Source: Bigelowiella natans CCMP2755 (Eukaryota; Protista; Cercozoa). Taken from it: a stretch of DNA of 64,000 bases. Made by a program: the position numbers and the translations under genes. Below, piece by piece: positions 1 to 13,211 of this stretch. The stretch lies in assembly GCA_000320545.1 (NCBI GenBank), contig ADNK01002347.1, positions 1-64,000 on the forward strand. Reading direction: 5' to 3'. The notes beneath the pieces were generated by a model. The model did no database searches. It was not told the origin of the DNA and was given only the letters and a program-made list of their open reading frames with translations. How positions within the stretch are numbered: position 1 is the stretch's first letter; every line of letters begins with the position of its first letter.

Positions 1-342
1 AGTGCTTCACACACTTCGTGTTATAATTTCAACTACTGTTTCCAAGAAGTTTCACCGATATATTTTTGACAGAAAGAAACGCTGCATCCTCGTGTGTCAG
101 CGTCAGTTTCATTCCCTCAGTTACATCCCGGAGTCGCTGCTACCCGGCACTTTCTCTGAATATCGGGATTCGATCGAATATCCGGGGATTGAATGGGTAA
201 TCCCGGATTCAATCCCTGGTAGTCCCGGTAGTCCCGGTAGAATAGTTATTGCCGAGAAAGGGCTGATCATTACCCACCTCCCACCCCATCCGTACGCGAC
301 TGAGTGTGTATTGCGTGACTCTGGACGTGACATACGTGTAGC

Positions 343-344
<2 letters not shown>

Positions 345-423
<79 letters not shown>
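345..423. repeat. (GA)n microsatellite upstream of the Rid gene
   Basis: Pure GA run of about 80 nt; it produces the ERER/LSLS pseudo-ORFs in the track. Confidence 0.95.
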
Positions 424-427
<4 letters not shown>

Positions 428-488
428 TTCGATGAAACGATTAGGAATTCTAACATTCTTCGTGTTGGTGTCAGATATTCCTGAAATC

Positions 489-1326
489 ATGCTTTCGCGT
501 TTCATTCGTCGCACTGGAGCTGTGATTCAACGAAGAACGTTCGCTTCTGGGATCACCAGACTTCATGCTGAGCATCCCAATATGTGCCAGGTGTGAGCTT
601 ATTGCCAAGTCGCATGAATTTCATAAATGCTATTAACGAACATGGCATGTGTACTGTTGGTGTCATCAGACTGTGGTGCACGAATCAACTGGGGTAGTGT
701 ACCTAGCAGGTCAAGTTCCTGATGACTACAGGTAGCTCATCTGCGTCGATAGTAGATATGTACCTAAATCTACTTTTTTAGTGGCTATTGTATCATCGTT
801 ATCACCACCACCACCACCACCATGATCATCATCATCCATCATCTTGTAGTAGGGGGGTACGGTAGTAGGTGGCACGAACAGAAGATGGCAGGGAATCATG
901 TTGTGAGGTTGATGCAAGAGAAAAACTAAATTTTTGCCACTTACCCTTTCAGTCTCGACGCAAAGGGCCAAACAAAGGAAGTCCTCTCGAAAATCGATAC
1001 CCTGCTTGAAGAGGTAGGAGTAGCAGGACATCATCATTTCAGGGTACATTATGATTCCTTTGTATATGTGTGCTAAGGTTGGAAGCGACAAATCAAAGCT
1101 TCTCAGCGCTCAGGTAGATACAACCATTACACCAAATGGAGTGAGAGGGTTCAAGAATTTGGTTTTTCGTTAGGTCTGGGTAAAAACCATGGATGATTTC
1201 GGCGCCGTGAACGAGATTTGGCAGGGGTGGGTTGATCCTGAGAATAAGCCTTGTCGAGCTGCGGTAGAAGCAAATATGGCACATCCGGACATTTTGGTCG
1301 AAGTAATGGTAACTGCTTCAAAGTAA
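489..1326 (+). CDS. Rid family (YjgF/YER057c/UK114) enamine/imine deaminase, YoaB-like, with probable mitochondrial presequence; 5 exons
   Basis: GT-AG exons 489-590, 670-731, 953-1013, 1078-1113, 1174-1326 splice in frame to MLSRFIRRTGAVIQRRTFASGITRLH...VVYLAGQVPDD...DAKGQTKEVLSKIDTLLEEVGSDKSKLLSAQVWVKTMDDFGAVNEIWQGWVDPENKPCRAAVEANMAHPDILVEVMVTASK*. Family motifs YLAGQV, NEIW, P-x-R and LVEV are present. The N-terminus is Arg-rich and lacks acidic residues. Confidence 0.92.
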
Positions 1327-1769
1327 TAATTTTATACGAGCTAAATCTCTATGTTGATAGCATAGAGACAAAGCAACACATTTTGTGTGCATCACGAACT
1401 AGTCACGCATGAAACAAATATGTTTTTGCTGATAATAACATCGCACGATGACCGCAACGCACTTACCTTAGAGTAAGCGAATATGTAAATACATCGATTG
1501 ATCTGCACTAGTTTGAAAAAGTACAAAAGTGTAGCAGATCCGTACAGCTATAAGTAACTCTGCATTTGCTTTCGCAAGGTGATAAGCTATGCCATGCATT
1601 CATTCATACACACACATACATATATATACACACATGTGGCAGCGCGGCGCGTCCGTCTAGCAACCTTGCTACAAGATTTTAATATTTTGCTGAGTCGGGG
1701 ATCATGCATTGGCTAATGATTCGAAAGTATGTTTGCATGAAGCTAGATACAACGATAATATGCATAAGC

Positions 1770-1825
1770 ACGGATGTAATGAAACGATTAAAGTCTTTAA
1801 ATGGTCATTCATAATCTAATGTAGC
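1770..1825 (+). repeat. Dispersed intergenic repeat, copy 1
   Basis: acggatgtaat...aatggtcat...ctaatgtagc is similar to copies at 1944-2022 (-), 29042-29124 (+) and 62266-62335 (+). Confidence 0.6.
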
Positions 1826-1943
1826 GATAACGTAACACCTTCGCGCGCGCACGCGGCGTGTTGCAGGCGTAGCAAAAATGCCAAATTTGCAAGCACGAAG
1901 CACACAATCGCTGGAATAACGATACAATATAAAAAACAATCGC

Positions 1944-2022
1944 AGCGCTGTAGCCGCAGCTTTACATAGCTACATTAGAATGAATATTTGAAATATGTAT
2001 AATTTGACTACACCCGTCTCAC
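1944..2022 (-). repeat. Dispersed intergenic repeat, copy 2 (inverted relative to copy 1)
   Basis: Reverse complement gtgagacgggtgtagtcaaatt...cattctaatgtagctatgtaaagctgcggctacagcgct matches 29042-29124. Confidence 0.65.
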
Positions 2023-2206
2023 AAAGAGAATTTAAATATAGGCACTGAATGGTATGCTAATCGCCTGCAGCTAGATGTAGTGAGCAGCAAATAAAATACA
2101 GGTGTAGACGAGTGGTTGAAGAAATGGGTGTCAATCATCTATTCCTGCTAGCCTGGATGTAATGAAATAAACATAATCATTCAGCAGAGCTACATGATCA
2201 GGCCGT

Positions 2207-3970
2207 CTATTTTTTGCCAGCGGAGGAAACGACTACGCCTTCTCCTTGTAAAGATTTTTCAAGAGACGATACGATGTCAGGATTAGCCAACGTGGAGGTC
2301 TCGCCCACCTACATGTATCATATGGAATAGTGCGTCATTCGATCGCGACGATGTTCATCACGAAAGCAGGCAACTGTGAAGAACGGCGAGGTCATATTCC
2401 AGCAAACAACCCCAACCAAGTCACCATCATCATCACCATCACCATCACCATATAATATAGATAGCATACCGATTCTCCAGTCGCTAGGTTTTTTAGAATT
2501 CGTCTCATGATCTTTCCGCTCCGTGTCTGGAATAATCCGCACAACACACACAACGATGATAAAGATGGCAACGATGATCAGATGTGATAACGACAAATGA
2601 GAGTAAATAAATACTTACGGATTCGAACAGAATACACGATTGCTAATAAATAGGGAGCATTATTCATGCTACTTTGTGACTAACACCTTTGGCAATTCAG
2701 GCGTAAACACAATATGCTTCGGTCTTGCAATGGCGCCTATTCCCTTGACCACTTGACTCATAATCTCCTTCTTTTTTTCCTGAAACAAAAAATCCAACAT
2801 ATGGGTTGTTTGATGATAATAAATGTACATTATCATCATCTTCAATCAGTCTCTTAGCACCTGAGAAGATTCTTCACCCTCCTTCAAAGTCACGAAGGCC
2901 AAAATAGCCTAAATTATTTGCAGAAAACGCGCAAAATGATTGTGGCGTTCAATGTAACGATGTCGATGATGCCAACGATAGTGATGACGATGATAATTAT
3001 GATTATCATGAAATTGATGGTAATAATAATAATAATAATAATAACAATTAAGGGAGAAAAACCATGGAGCAATGATGATATACTCATCTTCTTTGCAATA
3101 ACCTGAAATTTGATCTCGTCTGGCATTCCAACAACAGCTGCCTCTGCAACCTAAATAAAGCGCCAAATCAATCATAACGATCTATACACTGAAAGACTTG
3201 GTAAAAAAAATAGGCGTTGGTGGTCTATTCATCCCAGAATCGAAACAGGACGATGATTTCACCACAGAGTTGAGTAGAGGCAAGTAGGCTGTTTTTATTT
3301 TTACCCCCTCACATCCTACGATGGTGCTTTCAAGTTCCATAGTCCCTGATGGACGCAACAATGCAACAACGATATGAAATGAAAGAATCTATACTGAACA
3401 CGACACAAGCATATCTGGATTTACTACTACTACCACTACTATTACTACTACTACTACCAATCCGGTGGCCAGCTACATTGAGCACATCGTCAACTCGTCC
3501 TGTTAATGAAAGAATCGATGGTAGTCGAGATGGCGAGGACAGGATTACATCAAGTAATCAATGCAATATTCATGATCTCTGGTTATAGTAGCGTAAGGCG
3601 TGTTCTCCCTCTCTTCATCCTCAACTTCGTTATCTCCACGTTGCACTTACCCAGCACCATGAAGTAGCCGTCATCGTCCTTCGCAGCCCCGTCGCCAGCG
3701 AAGTATGTGTTGAACCGAGACCAGTACGTTTTTTCATAACTGTTTTTTTAGTGTTGTTTTACTGTTGTGATTCATGCAAAACACATTAAATGATCATATC
3801 AGGTTGACATCGTACCGTTCATTATCTTGCCATAAGCCACGAAGCATAGAAGGCCAGGGCTGAGTGTTGTAATTATCATCATTATTATTAGTATCAATCA
3901 TCATACAAACGAATCATGCTGAGACTTCAAGCGACATTAAACAAAGACGATGTTGCTTACATGTACATAA

Positions 3971-4002
<32 letters not shown>

Positions 4003-4333
4003 TTGGTAGTTTAAATCCCAGCACCTCGGTGACAGAAAGGTATCCTCCCCCATGTTCCACAGGTTCGCCATTTTCAGATAACACATCCACCTTAATGGTA
4101 AATACAGCAGTACATGACCAAAACACAATAACAATTGAATTCTCAGCAAAATGAAAAGGAATGAACCGCCCGGGGGGGGGGGGGGTAGATTTTGCAGCAT
4201 GGGTTCCGCAGCTGGTACTGCGGCAGTCTCGCACACCTTAATTCCGGGTAATGGGGTTCCAGCATATCTAATTATGAAGAAGAGTCATGAGGAGAAGAAG
4301 GAAGAATATTCACTACCTACAGCCTTATTACGG

Positions 4334-4365
<32 letters not shown>

Positions 4366-4487
4366 GCTTCTTTTCTGCTCCTAATACTTGAGTAGTTACG
4401 AGAAGTACTACTTCTACTACTTTATACCCTGGTTTCATGTCGTTGTATGCTGGGACATTGGAAACCATAATGCCTCCTGTTTCAGTC

Positions 4488-4521
<34 letters not shown>

Positions 4522-6841
4522 AATGGTGATGGTGATAAATATCATTAGAATCACGATTATTGATGTCAATATTGCAGGGCTGCTACCTTTTTACGTAAAT
4601 TTATGATATATCATCTGTTTCATCAACATCATTTTCCTTGCTGTTTCTTCATTCTATGTTAATCACCATCATCGTCACGACAACTACCTGCCACCATGTG
4701 TCTACAATAGGACACTTTCCTCCTCCAATGTGCTTATGATACCACCTGTTAAGAATGGATATCATCAGATCGAGGCATTGCTGGAGTGATGATTATTCGA
4801 GATGTTGTTAAGAGAGCATATCATCTTCATCCTCATCACCCTCATCACAGCTAACATCGAAATTCTCGCCTTCATTGCATTGCAAGGTTATTGACATAAA
4901 GACGTGTATGAGGTGTTCTCACTTCCATGCTTCAGGGTTAATAGGTTCTCCTGACAACGTTCAGAGAAGAAGACAATGACGAAGAAATATCAGAACAAGG
5001 CCAACATATGGCAAGTAATATTATAGTCTCCTTCATAAGGAGGAAGAGATAGCCTCCTCGATCTCTTCCTCAGCGTTTAAAGACAGGTGATAAAACCCCT
5101 CTCTCACATACGACAAAAGACTGTGCGAACACATGTGCTAATGAGTATGACTATATATCAATCAATATCTTCTACTTTTCTTGTTTTTGCAGCTATTGCT
5201 TTGAAAAGGGCACTACTACTAAGGGTGGCGAGTACATGTTCATTATTTGATTTGGGTGCTTATGTGTCTAATGACCTACGCTTCCTAATATCCGGAGAGA
5301 GCTGTTGAAACAACATCATCGTCATCATCATCATCATCACCATTGCTCATTACTCATCAGGTAATACTCCCATTGAAAAGCAGTTTTAATATCAGCATAA
5401 ACTCGAGATATTCACCATCAGCAATTGCCCCCCCCCCCGATATGCTCTCCCCTCCCCTCCCCCCTGTTAGCTCACCTAAGGTCGTGCTTCTCCACATGTT
5501 CAGTACCTGAAGAAACACATGACAGCTATTACATATTGACCCAGCGCATACAATAACAGCAATCTACAACACCTCACGCAATCTGCGGTATTGTTTAATC
5601 ATTAGAGTTCATCGATTTATAACCCCCATTTCGGACCGATGGCGCAGCCAAAACCGCGGAGTTTATACAGCAATTTTCCTCCAAAATTGCATCATAATCC
5701 ATCATGAAAGATGGTCGTGTTGTAGTTATCATCAGTGCTATGACCTACCCCATTTCATGAAGGCGCGTACAGCTGTTGGGGCGGTATAGAAGACCGACAC
5801 CTGCATATGATCGCAATATATCACGTATTATCGTTGTTTGATGATTAAACACAAGGAAGGCTGTTATGCGACTGTTGAGATGTGTGAGGAGTCACCAATC
5901 TTGCTGCTTTACCTTGTGATCTTCGATGATCTGCCAAAATCGGTCTTGTGCTGGGTAATCTGGCGTTCCTGAGCGGCGTTGCATTGTCGTTAGTGTGGTG
6001 CCATTCTCATGCATGCATGCTGCAAACATGCGTAACTGCTGCTGTGATGATGATAGGAGTAGCAGTGATCTAAGGAGGGAGGGGTTTGATGTCGCCTCGT
6101 GAGTGTTTCTTTTGTAGATTGAGAACGTATTATTCTTCTTCTTCTTTTACTTCCTCTTTTTTATCACTCTCCCCCGCACGATGACATGGCCAAATGATTA
6201 TTGCTCACATACACGATGAACGGAATTGTGTGACATTCTCACCTTCAAACATCACCACAGTTGCAGCATTTGCCAGAGGTCCATACACCAAATACCTGAT
6301 ATGAGCGAAATGCGACATTGAAAAGATTCCTTTGCAGTTGTTTGCTGTAACGCTTGTACCAACATCATCATCATTATCATCATCATCATCATTACGTGTG
6401 CCCTGTGATCCAACCGACATCGGCAGTACACCTAATAATGAAGATGATAAATAAATAGTACAGGGGGAAGGGGGGGGTAAATCAGACAACGATGCTGATA
6501 ATGATGACAAATGATGATGATGATAATGATAATGATGATGATGATGATGATGAAGAAGGATTTCTGTATCTGTCTTCTTCTTACCAGTAGACGTCATCGT
6601 CCTGAAGGTCAAACACAGTTTTGGTAGAGTATTTTGCGTGCGTCATGTAGCTGAATACACGTACGGCGTATGAGTACACAACGGGCTGTTAATTACTGAA
6701 TATTGAAATTGACACTCCTCCTTTAGTGTTGTTGTTGTTGTTGTTGTTGTCACGTTGTGAGATACCCTCCAGTCGTGTGTAGAATGCCTTTGGGCTTGCC
6801 TGTATGCGAGAACACAATCGTGGTATTACACAGATAGCATG

Positions 6842-6886
<45 letters not shown>

Positions 6887-7516
6887 ATTATAAGCTCCCT
6901 ATTACAATGCTTCTTTTTCTTTTTCCTTCAGTTTCTTCTTCTCCTTCGTCTTTTTCTCACCCCACCCCACCCACCCACCCGTTGTCCCTGAAGAGAAGAG
7001 GATGAATAGAGGGTCCTCAGCGTCCATCTTCGCAGCTGGCCATTCGTTCGGCGCATCGGCAACCAGCTCCTAGATGATGATAATATCAAATTTTAAATAT
7101 GTTATTGAATGACATATACAAGTTTGGAACCGTCATTTTGCTGTTGCTGCTGCTGCTGTTTCTGCAAGTATATCGATTCTATCGTTGTTGTAATCTTTCC
7201 ACATCTTTGCCTACCAAACATCTCCCCTTGCTCTATCACCGCTTGCTACATGCATCGTTTGCCCGTGTTGATAACTCAATGCCACAAATATCCTCACGCA
7301 CTGACCCAATCAATCATCATCAACACACGCGCAAAGTAACTCGCAATTACCTTGTGAAACACGTCTCGCCCAGCAACCATATTGACCTTCAAGGGGAAGA
7401 AGAAGGGGGGGAGGGGGGAGGATGAGGAGAGGGAAAATTTTTACGAATGACGAGGATGACAACAACAGTCAAAATAAATTGAGAGCATAGGAAGGAAACA
7501 CCCCTAAGACGTCATT

Positions 7517-7548
<32 letters not shown>

Positions 7549-7878
7549 TATTTCTTAAATTATATTATCAGGCAATGACGGCTACTGCGATGGTTGATTA
7601 AGATTAGTTTCTCACCTTCGAGTCCTTTGCTTCGAGAGACTGAACGACCATCTGTAGTATGCGACAACCTCATAATCATAAACTCCTTCCGAAATTTCAT
7701 CGATTTGCGGTTTGGAGTGTATGGCGGCGACGAGGAAGATTTGCAGTGGCATGGATTGATAGATAGGTGATGAGGAAGATGTGTGTTAGCGTGAATATAT
7801 GTATTAACACAAACCACGTGTGGAACGTTCGTTTCCGACTTAGCCAGTGCTGGTTGGTGAAGTGTACGTACGGATTTA

Positions 7879-7911
<33 letters not shown>

Positions 7912-7928
7912 TGTCAAGTTACCATCAT

Positions 7929-7964
<36 letters not shown>

Positions 7965-9503
7965 GCGCGCGCGCAGAGAGAGAGGGAGAGAGAAATGTCG
8001 ATGGATACGGAATAGTATTGTCCCTTTTCTCCCATCATATGCTTAGTTTTGGTCATCATTCACACAAAGCCACCACTCCTCCCTCCTCCTCCTCCTCCTC
8101 CTCCTCAATTGTTGTGGGTGCTAGTACCTTCATCAACCATACTCTTGAGGGGGACGACCTTACCACGTCTGTACCCGCTGTAAGAAGCACCATCATCGTC
8201 ATTTACAGATACATATATATTCAGTGAAAATGATAGCAGTTAGCTGGACTTATGCGACAACGACGCGATTAGCATCATTGCGCTATTATCATCATTAGTA
8301 TGCGATACTACCCGTCTGCAGTCAGCACACATTGCGGCTTTGTAATGTCGATACGGTCCTGCATGTATCACCATCCCAGCAATCAGTGGGCGGTGTATGA
8401 ATAGCAGGTGCTGTCTTCTATGGTTAGAGCCTTCGTTGTCTGTTTATTACCTTCAGAGCCTCGGAGCTGAAACCTCCAAATACAACGCTGTGGATCGCTC
8501 CAATACGCGCGCACGCGAGCTGTCAACCCAAATTCAAACACACACACAGGCACACGCGCGCGCGGACATACCGTTTGTGATACGATTACATTGATAGTTA
8601 CAATTGCTACTTCTTCGCCTTCATTATCTTCTTCTTCTCCCGCCTCCTCCCCCCTCCTCCCCCCTCCTCTTCTCAGCACTGCTGGCATTATCACTACCAC
8701 CATCATCACCACCATTATCGTCGTCATCATCATCCATTTTAACTCACCGTGGCAATGACCAGCTCCGGTACCATCGGCATATAAATAATCACTCTATCGC
8801 CTGGGAGAATGTGCGTGTGTAAGGTGGGGGGGGGTGGGGGGGATGACAGAGCCCATGAAAAACCATGTAACATCTCAATAACAGCTAGATTAGATACTGT
8901 GGTGGTGGTGGTGGTGGTGGTGGTGGTGGTGGTGGTGCAGCTGCCATTAGTGAGAAGTAGTGCGACCTTTCTTCACCCCAAACTCAGTAACAAGCTTTGA
9001 AGCCATCTTGTTGACCTGATGAACAATGAAACGATGTCGATTAGTTCGCAAACGCTTTCCTAGGAGAAGGAGGAGGAGGAGGAGGAGGAGGAGGAGGAGG
9101 AGCTACACTAAAAATGGCGAGAGGGAAGAGAAGACGAAGAGAATCTTTGCATCATAGCTGATTTACGATGTCCATCTATTTTCCTCCTATCATCACCACA
9201 AGGCACGCCCTTCCCGCGACACTGGGTTCATATGGCGTTGTTGTGATTCCTCTCACGATGACATTTTGTTGGGTAAATTAATTGAAAAGAAGGCAGCAAG
9301 CTACCTCATGGTAGAGCTCCTGGTAAGTGTACTTGACAACCGAACCTGAGTTGATTACGGATCGATTCATCATTGTTATCTCTTAATTTTCCTCGTGTTT
9401 ACGGTTGGATAATATAGGTAGTAGAAGTAGTGGTAGTAGTGGTGATGGTAGTAGTAGTAGTAGTAATATTTTCATCGATTCTCTCTCGTAACACGAACAA
9501 AAA

Positions 9504-9558
<55 letters not shown>

Positions 9559-9804
9559 GCTCAACAATCCCCCATTTCTATATTATCTGACGTTGTTCTC
9601 CTTTTCTACTTCTACTACTACTACTACTACTACTACTGCTACCACTACTACTACTACTACCGTTTTCCCCTTCCCAGATGATAGCTTGCTTATCTCCATT
9701 CTCTTTCAGATGTACCTAATAGTATTAATATTATTATTGTTGTTGTTAGTAGTAGTAGTAGTAGTAGTAGTAGGAGCCACGTGCTAATCAGATAAGAGAT
9801 GATA

Positions 9805-9839
<35 letters not shown>

Positions 9840-11152
9840 AAAGGCTGTCTTCACTAAACGCGTAATCACTCTCTCTTTCTCTCTATCTCTCTCCTTCTCT
9901 ATTTTCTCACATCCAAGCAGTTGTGCGCTGCATTGAGCTTGCCCCCAACAAACCACTCGGCGTACGGTCTATTTTTAGTGACAACAATCAATTCTGAGAG
10001 ACGAATCATAGAAGACAATGGAAGGATGCAGGGTCTTAATACAAGCGGGCATATCTAGTGAAGAAGACTGGATGGGACACACTGCCCCTGGAGAATGCAT
10101 GGCAACATGTGAGAGGCGATGATAGTAGTAGGTAAACCACCTATTCCATCTTAACGTTTCCTTCCAAGGTTCAAACCAGTCAAGTCTGAAAGAGGCAAGG
10201 AACATCGTCATGGTGATGATGATTATGGTGATGATGGTGGTGGTGGTGGTGGTGGTGGTGGTGATGATGGTGATGGTGATGATGACAGAACAGGAAAAAG
10301 GCACAGAAACGGAGAAGATGTATTTTCAACGTATCAGAAGGTTTATTGCAGAAGAAATGGCAACGGAGAAGAAAGAGAGAAAAACTGATGTTTTCCTCTC
10401 TCTCTGTCGTGCTCCAAAGCGCTCATGCAATATTCACAATGATGCCATATCCGATTACTTGGAGGCTTGCGTCTCCCAAAACTTGAGTCGGTCTTCTGAA
10501 AATTGTTGGTGTATATTAGCATGTGGAGGAGGTGTGCTCATAGCTAATCTCTAAAGGTCAAAGTGTTTTTTCATGCGACGAGTAGTTAGTGCTGTAAGAT
10601 TGATTTTCTCTTTTTTGCCGTATTTGTAGATCGAAGAGACATCGCTATCATCAACATCGTCATACTTTACTGCCATCGTCGTCGTCGTCGTCATCATCAT
10701 CATCATCATCATCATCATCCGCCACATATATATATCGTCATGATAAAACCTTTAGCTTCATCATAGAGAGTTTCTGAAAGTTTCGTATTCTTTTTAAATT
10801 CCTCTAAGCAAAGGCAAAATCACGTATTAAATGAGTCGTACAAACCATAAGAAAGCGCGCACGTTGAAAGCACAAAAATATCTTGGAAGCTACCTGATGC
10901 TGTGAAGATTTCTGCTTGCGCCAATTGCGTTTCAATCACATCATCGTTGAAATTGACCTGGGTTGGTGGCGAGGGAGGAGAGAGAAAATGAGGGATTAGA
11001 GCCCGAATTTGAAATTTCAGCGACATACATAGTTTTCTATTTATTCTTCTATTTTCATCATAATTAAAATTGGGTCCATTTTTTTGAAAACGAAAAAAAC
11101 AAGAACCTTGTCGTCTTCCTGAACAACGAGGGGAAGGAGGACGCACACAAAC

Positions 11153-11192
<40 letters not shown>

Positions 11193-11361
11193 CAAGAATA
11201 ACAACAAAAGCAAAGCAACCGAAAGAGAAGATTAGCTGAAAGCGACTGTGATTTACACTCGTCAATACTTTAAATTCTTTTAGCATATATGATGGGTGTT
11301 CATTAATCTGTGGATGTATTTAGATTCGATATCTCCAAGCATGTTTGTTAACACAACACAT

Positions 11362-11404
<43 letters not shown>

Positions 11405-12000
11405 TTATACACTGAGATGGAGAGTTAAGAAACGTGCTAGTAACAACCTCAGCTGCAACCATCGTTATTGGCCGTGAGCCTCCCCTCGATCTACTCATAT
11501 TCAACAGTGATTATGTACTACTTAGATGCTTGTCCCGATTTTAGCTAAACGCGATGACGCTGACCTGAAAAGAGCTGTTGAATCCTGAGAGGGATCTCTT
11601 CTTACAATGTTCGCATGGCGACTGATTATAATATCACGCAACATTTCAAGGACAATGTAAAACGGTGTCCACAAATTATTCAGAAAGAATTAGGAAACGT
11701 TTAGCGAGGATGCTGTGCATAACACCATCTCCTACTAGAACTGCGAATCGTCATTAGTCAACGGTTGGTGCTACTAGCAAACCTAGAAAGAAGGTTCTGA
11801 ACAGCCCGTGGCCTTGTGTTGACACTTCCTTTGGTCAGAGCTAGAACTTCACCCGATGCTAAGGACAGTAAGACAAACCCGACTGCTGCAACCATAACAG
11901 CAACCGCACTGGTTTTCTTCTTCCATGATGCAGAACGCTTCCCTCTATTGACTGGAGTTAAAAGTGGCTGGGCGGGATGTTGAAAGGGGTTGAAGGTCAT
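2207..12000 (-). CDS. acs: Acetyl-CoA synthetase (AMP-forming), about 30 or more small exons, with N-terminal bipartite-like leader
   Basis: Spliced exons give [155 protein letters not shown] and [10 protein letters not shown]. Stop is TAG at 2207-2209. Linking the 11758-12000 ORF as exon 1 is inferred from compatible splice phases. Confidence 0.95.
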
Positions 12001-12283
12001 CAGGTCTCTTGAGTATACCGTGGAGGGGGCTCGGCAGGTCGCTGTTCAAGTTCGCTTAATACCCGCACAGATTCCCGCAAGAGCGCCAATAGTTTTTTTT
12101 TTCTCGTATTTCATTGTCGCATCTTCAAATCCGTTGTCATTTCTACCAGAATTTCTACCAGATTGACTTCTCTGTTTTTGTTTTGGCGGCCCAATTTTGG
12201 CATCAAAATTAGGATTTTCCTAAGTCGTAGGTAAAAAATCATCTTCGATTTTATTTTTTCTTCTTCTTCTCTTTCTACTTCCG

Positions 12284-12773
12284 ATGGATGACATTCGTGT
12301 TTTGAGAGTCAACGAAGATGTAAGTCAGAAACAAGGAAGTTGCAATCAATAAAGAAGCTAGTGCTCTCATTGTAGTACTGTAAGAGCAATCAGGAAGTAA
12401 GCCACAACTAATTCATACTGTCAATTCGTTTTAGCTTTTCAAACCAGAGAACGGTTTGTAAGTTTCAGTGTCAATTGGAATTCCTGCGCTGTGTGTTTTG
12501 TTTTCCTAATGTGTTCTCTTATACTTTGAATCTTAACAAAATTGATCCCTATTTTTTATGGAATGATATCATCATATCAAGCTCTATAATGTTGAATATT
12601 TCTTATGCATGTGCCGATGCACGTCTAGACGTTACTCAGAAGTGGCCATTTCCTCCACCTTCTACGAATTGCACACGTTGCGACATGTTGGAGAGCTAGC
12701 TGCATGCCTGGCAATTCATATTGACATATACATGTGCTGTAGTTCGACACGACATGTAGCTGTCCATTCGTAA
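12284..12773 (+). CDS. Possible small spliced hypothetical protein (about 75 aa)
   Basis: ATG at 12284 followed by three gtaag donors (12320, 12397, 12458) with AG acceptors (12375, 12434, 12628) gives an open frame MDDIRVLRVNEDYCKSNQELFKPENGLRYSEVAISSTFYEL... No family recognised; one intron would be only 38 nt. Confidence 0.3.
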
Positions 12774-13211
12774 TTGCATGCAAACGCAAAGACGACGCAG
12801 TGCAAGGCTTAGAAGGCTAGAAGGGCATCAAACCATTTACATGCAGACGCTAGGACGGTCGTAGTTCATGTTATCAGCCGCATCGATACAATATGCATAA
12901 TCCTATGCACAGTACAAGCTAAATTGCAATTGATGCACTTGTTCCTTTCAACGTAGCAGCTCATACAGGGATTCGAACTGGCTCAATGTGCATGACTAGA
13001 TGATCGAGTACTCAGCGTTTCTTTGTTCATCACTACATAGTATAGTTCAGATAGAAGCGCGCAATAGATTGAGTGCACACTATTGCACACCACCAGAAGC
13101 TATACTGCATGCAGCATACACAACACAACATCAATTGTTGCTTACATTGTAACGTTCAAAGTGTGACATACACACAATATCACGTAGCACTGCATGCAGA
13201 TCATTTTGTCA

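Noticed and set aside
2-514. Overlapping ORFs with ERER/LSLS tracts, and the many poly-I/L/Y/H/CV ORFs throughout the window
   Set aside because: They are open only because microsatellites lack stops; most lie in introns of the spliced genes.
11520-11570. Exon-like segment in the ACS 5' region that might suggest stop-codon reassignment
   Set aside because: The flanking exons join in frame without it, and genes in the window end in TAA, TAG and TGA normally.
12960-13020. B-box-like GTTCGAATCCC on the minus strand suggesting a tRNA or SINE
   Set aside because: No acceptor stem, D-arm or cloverleaf could be built.
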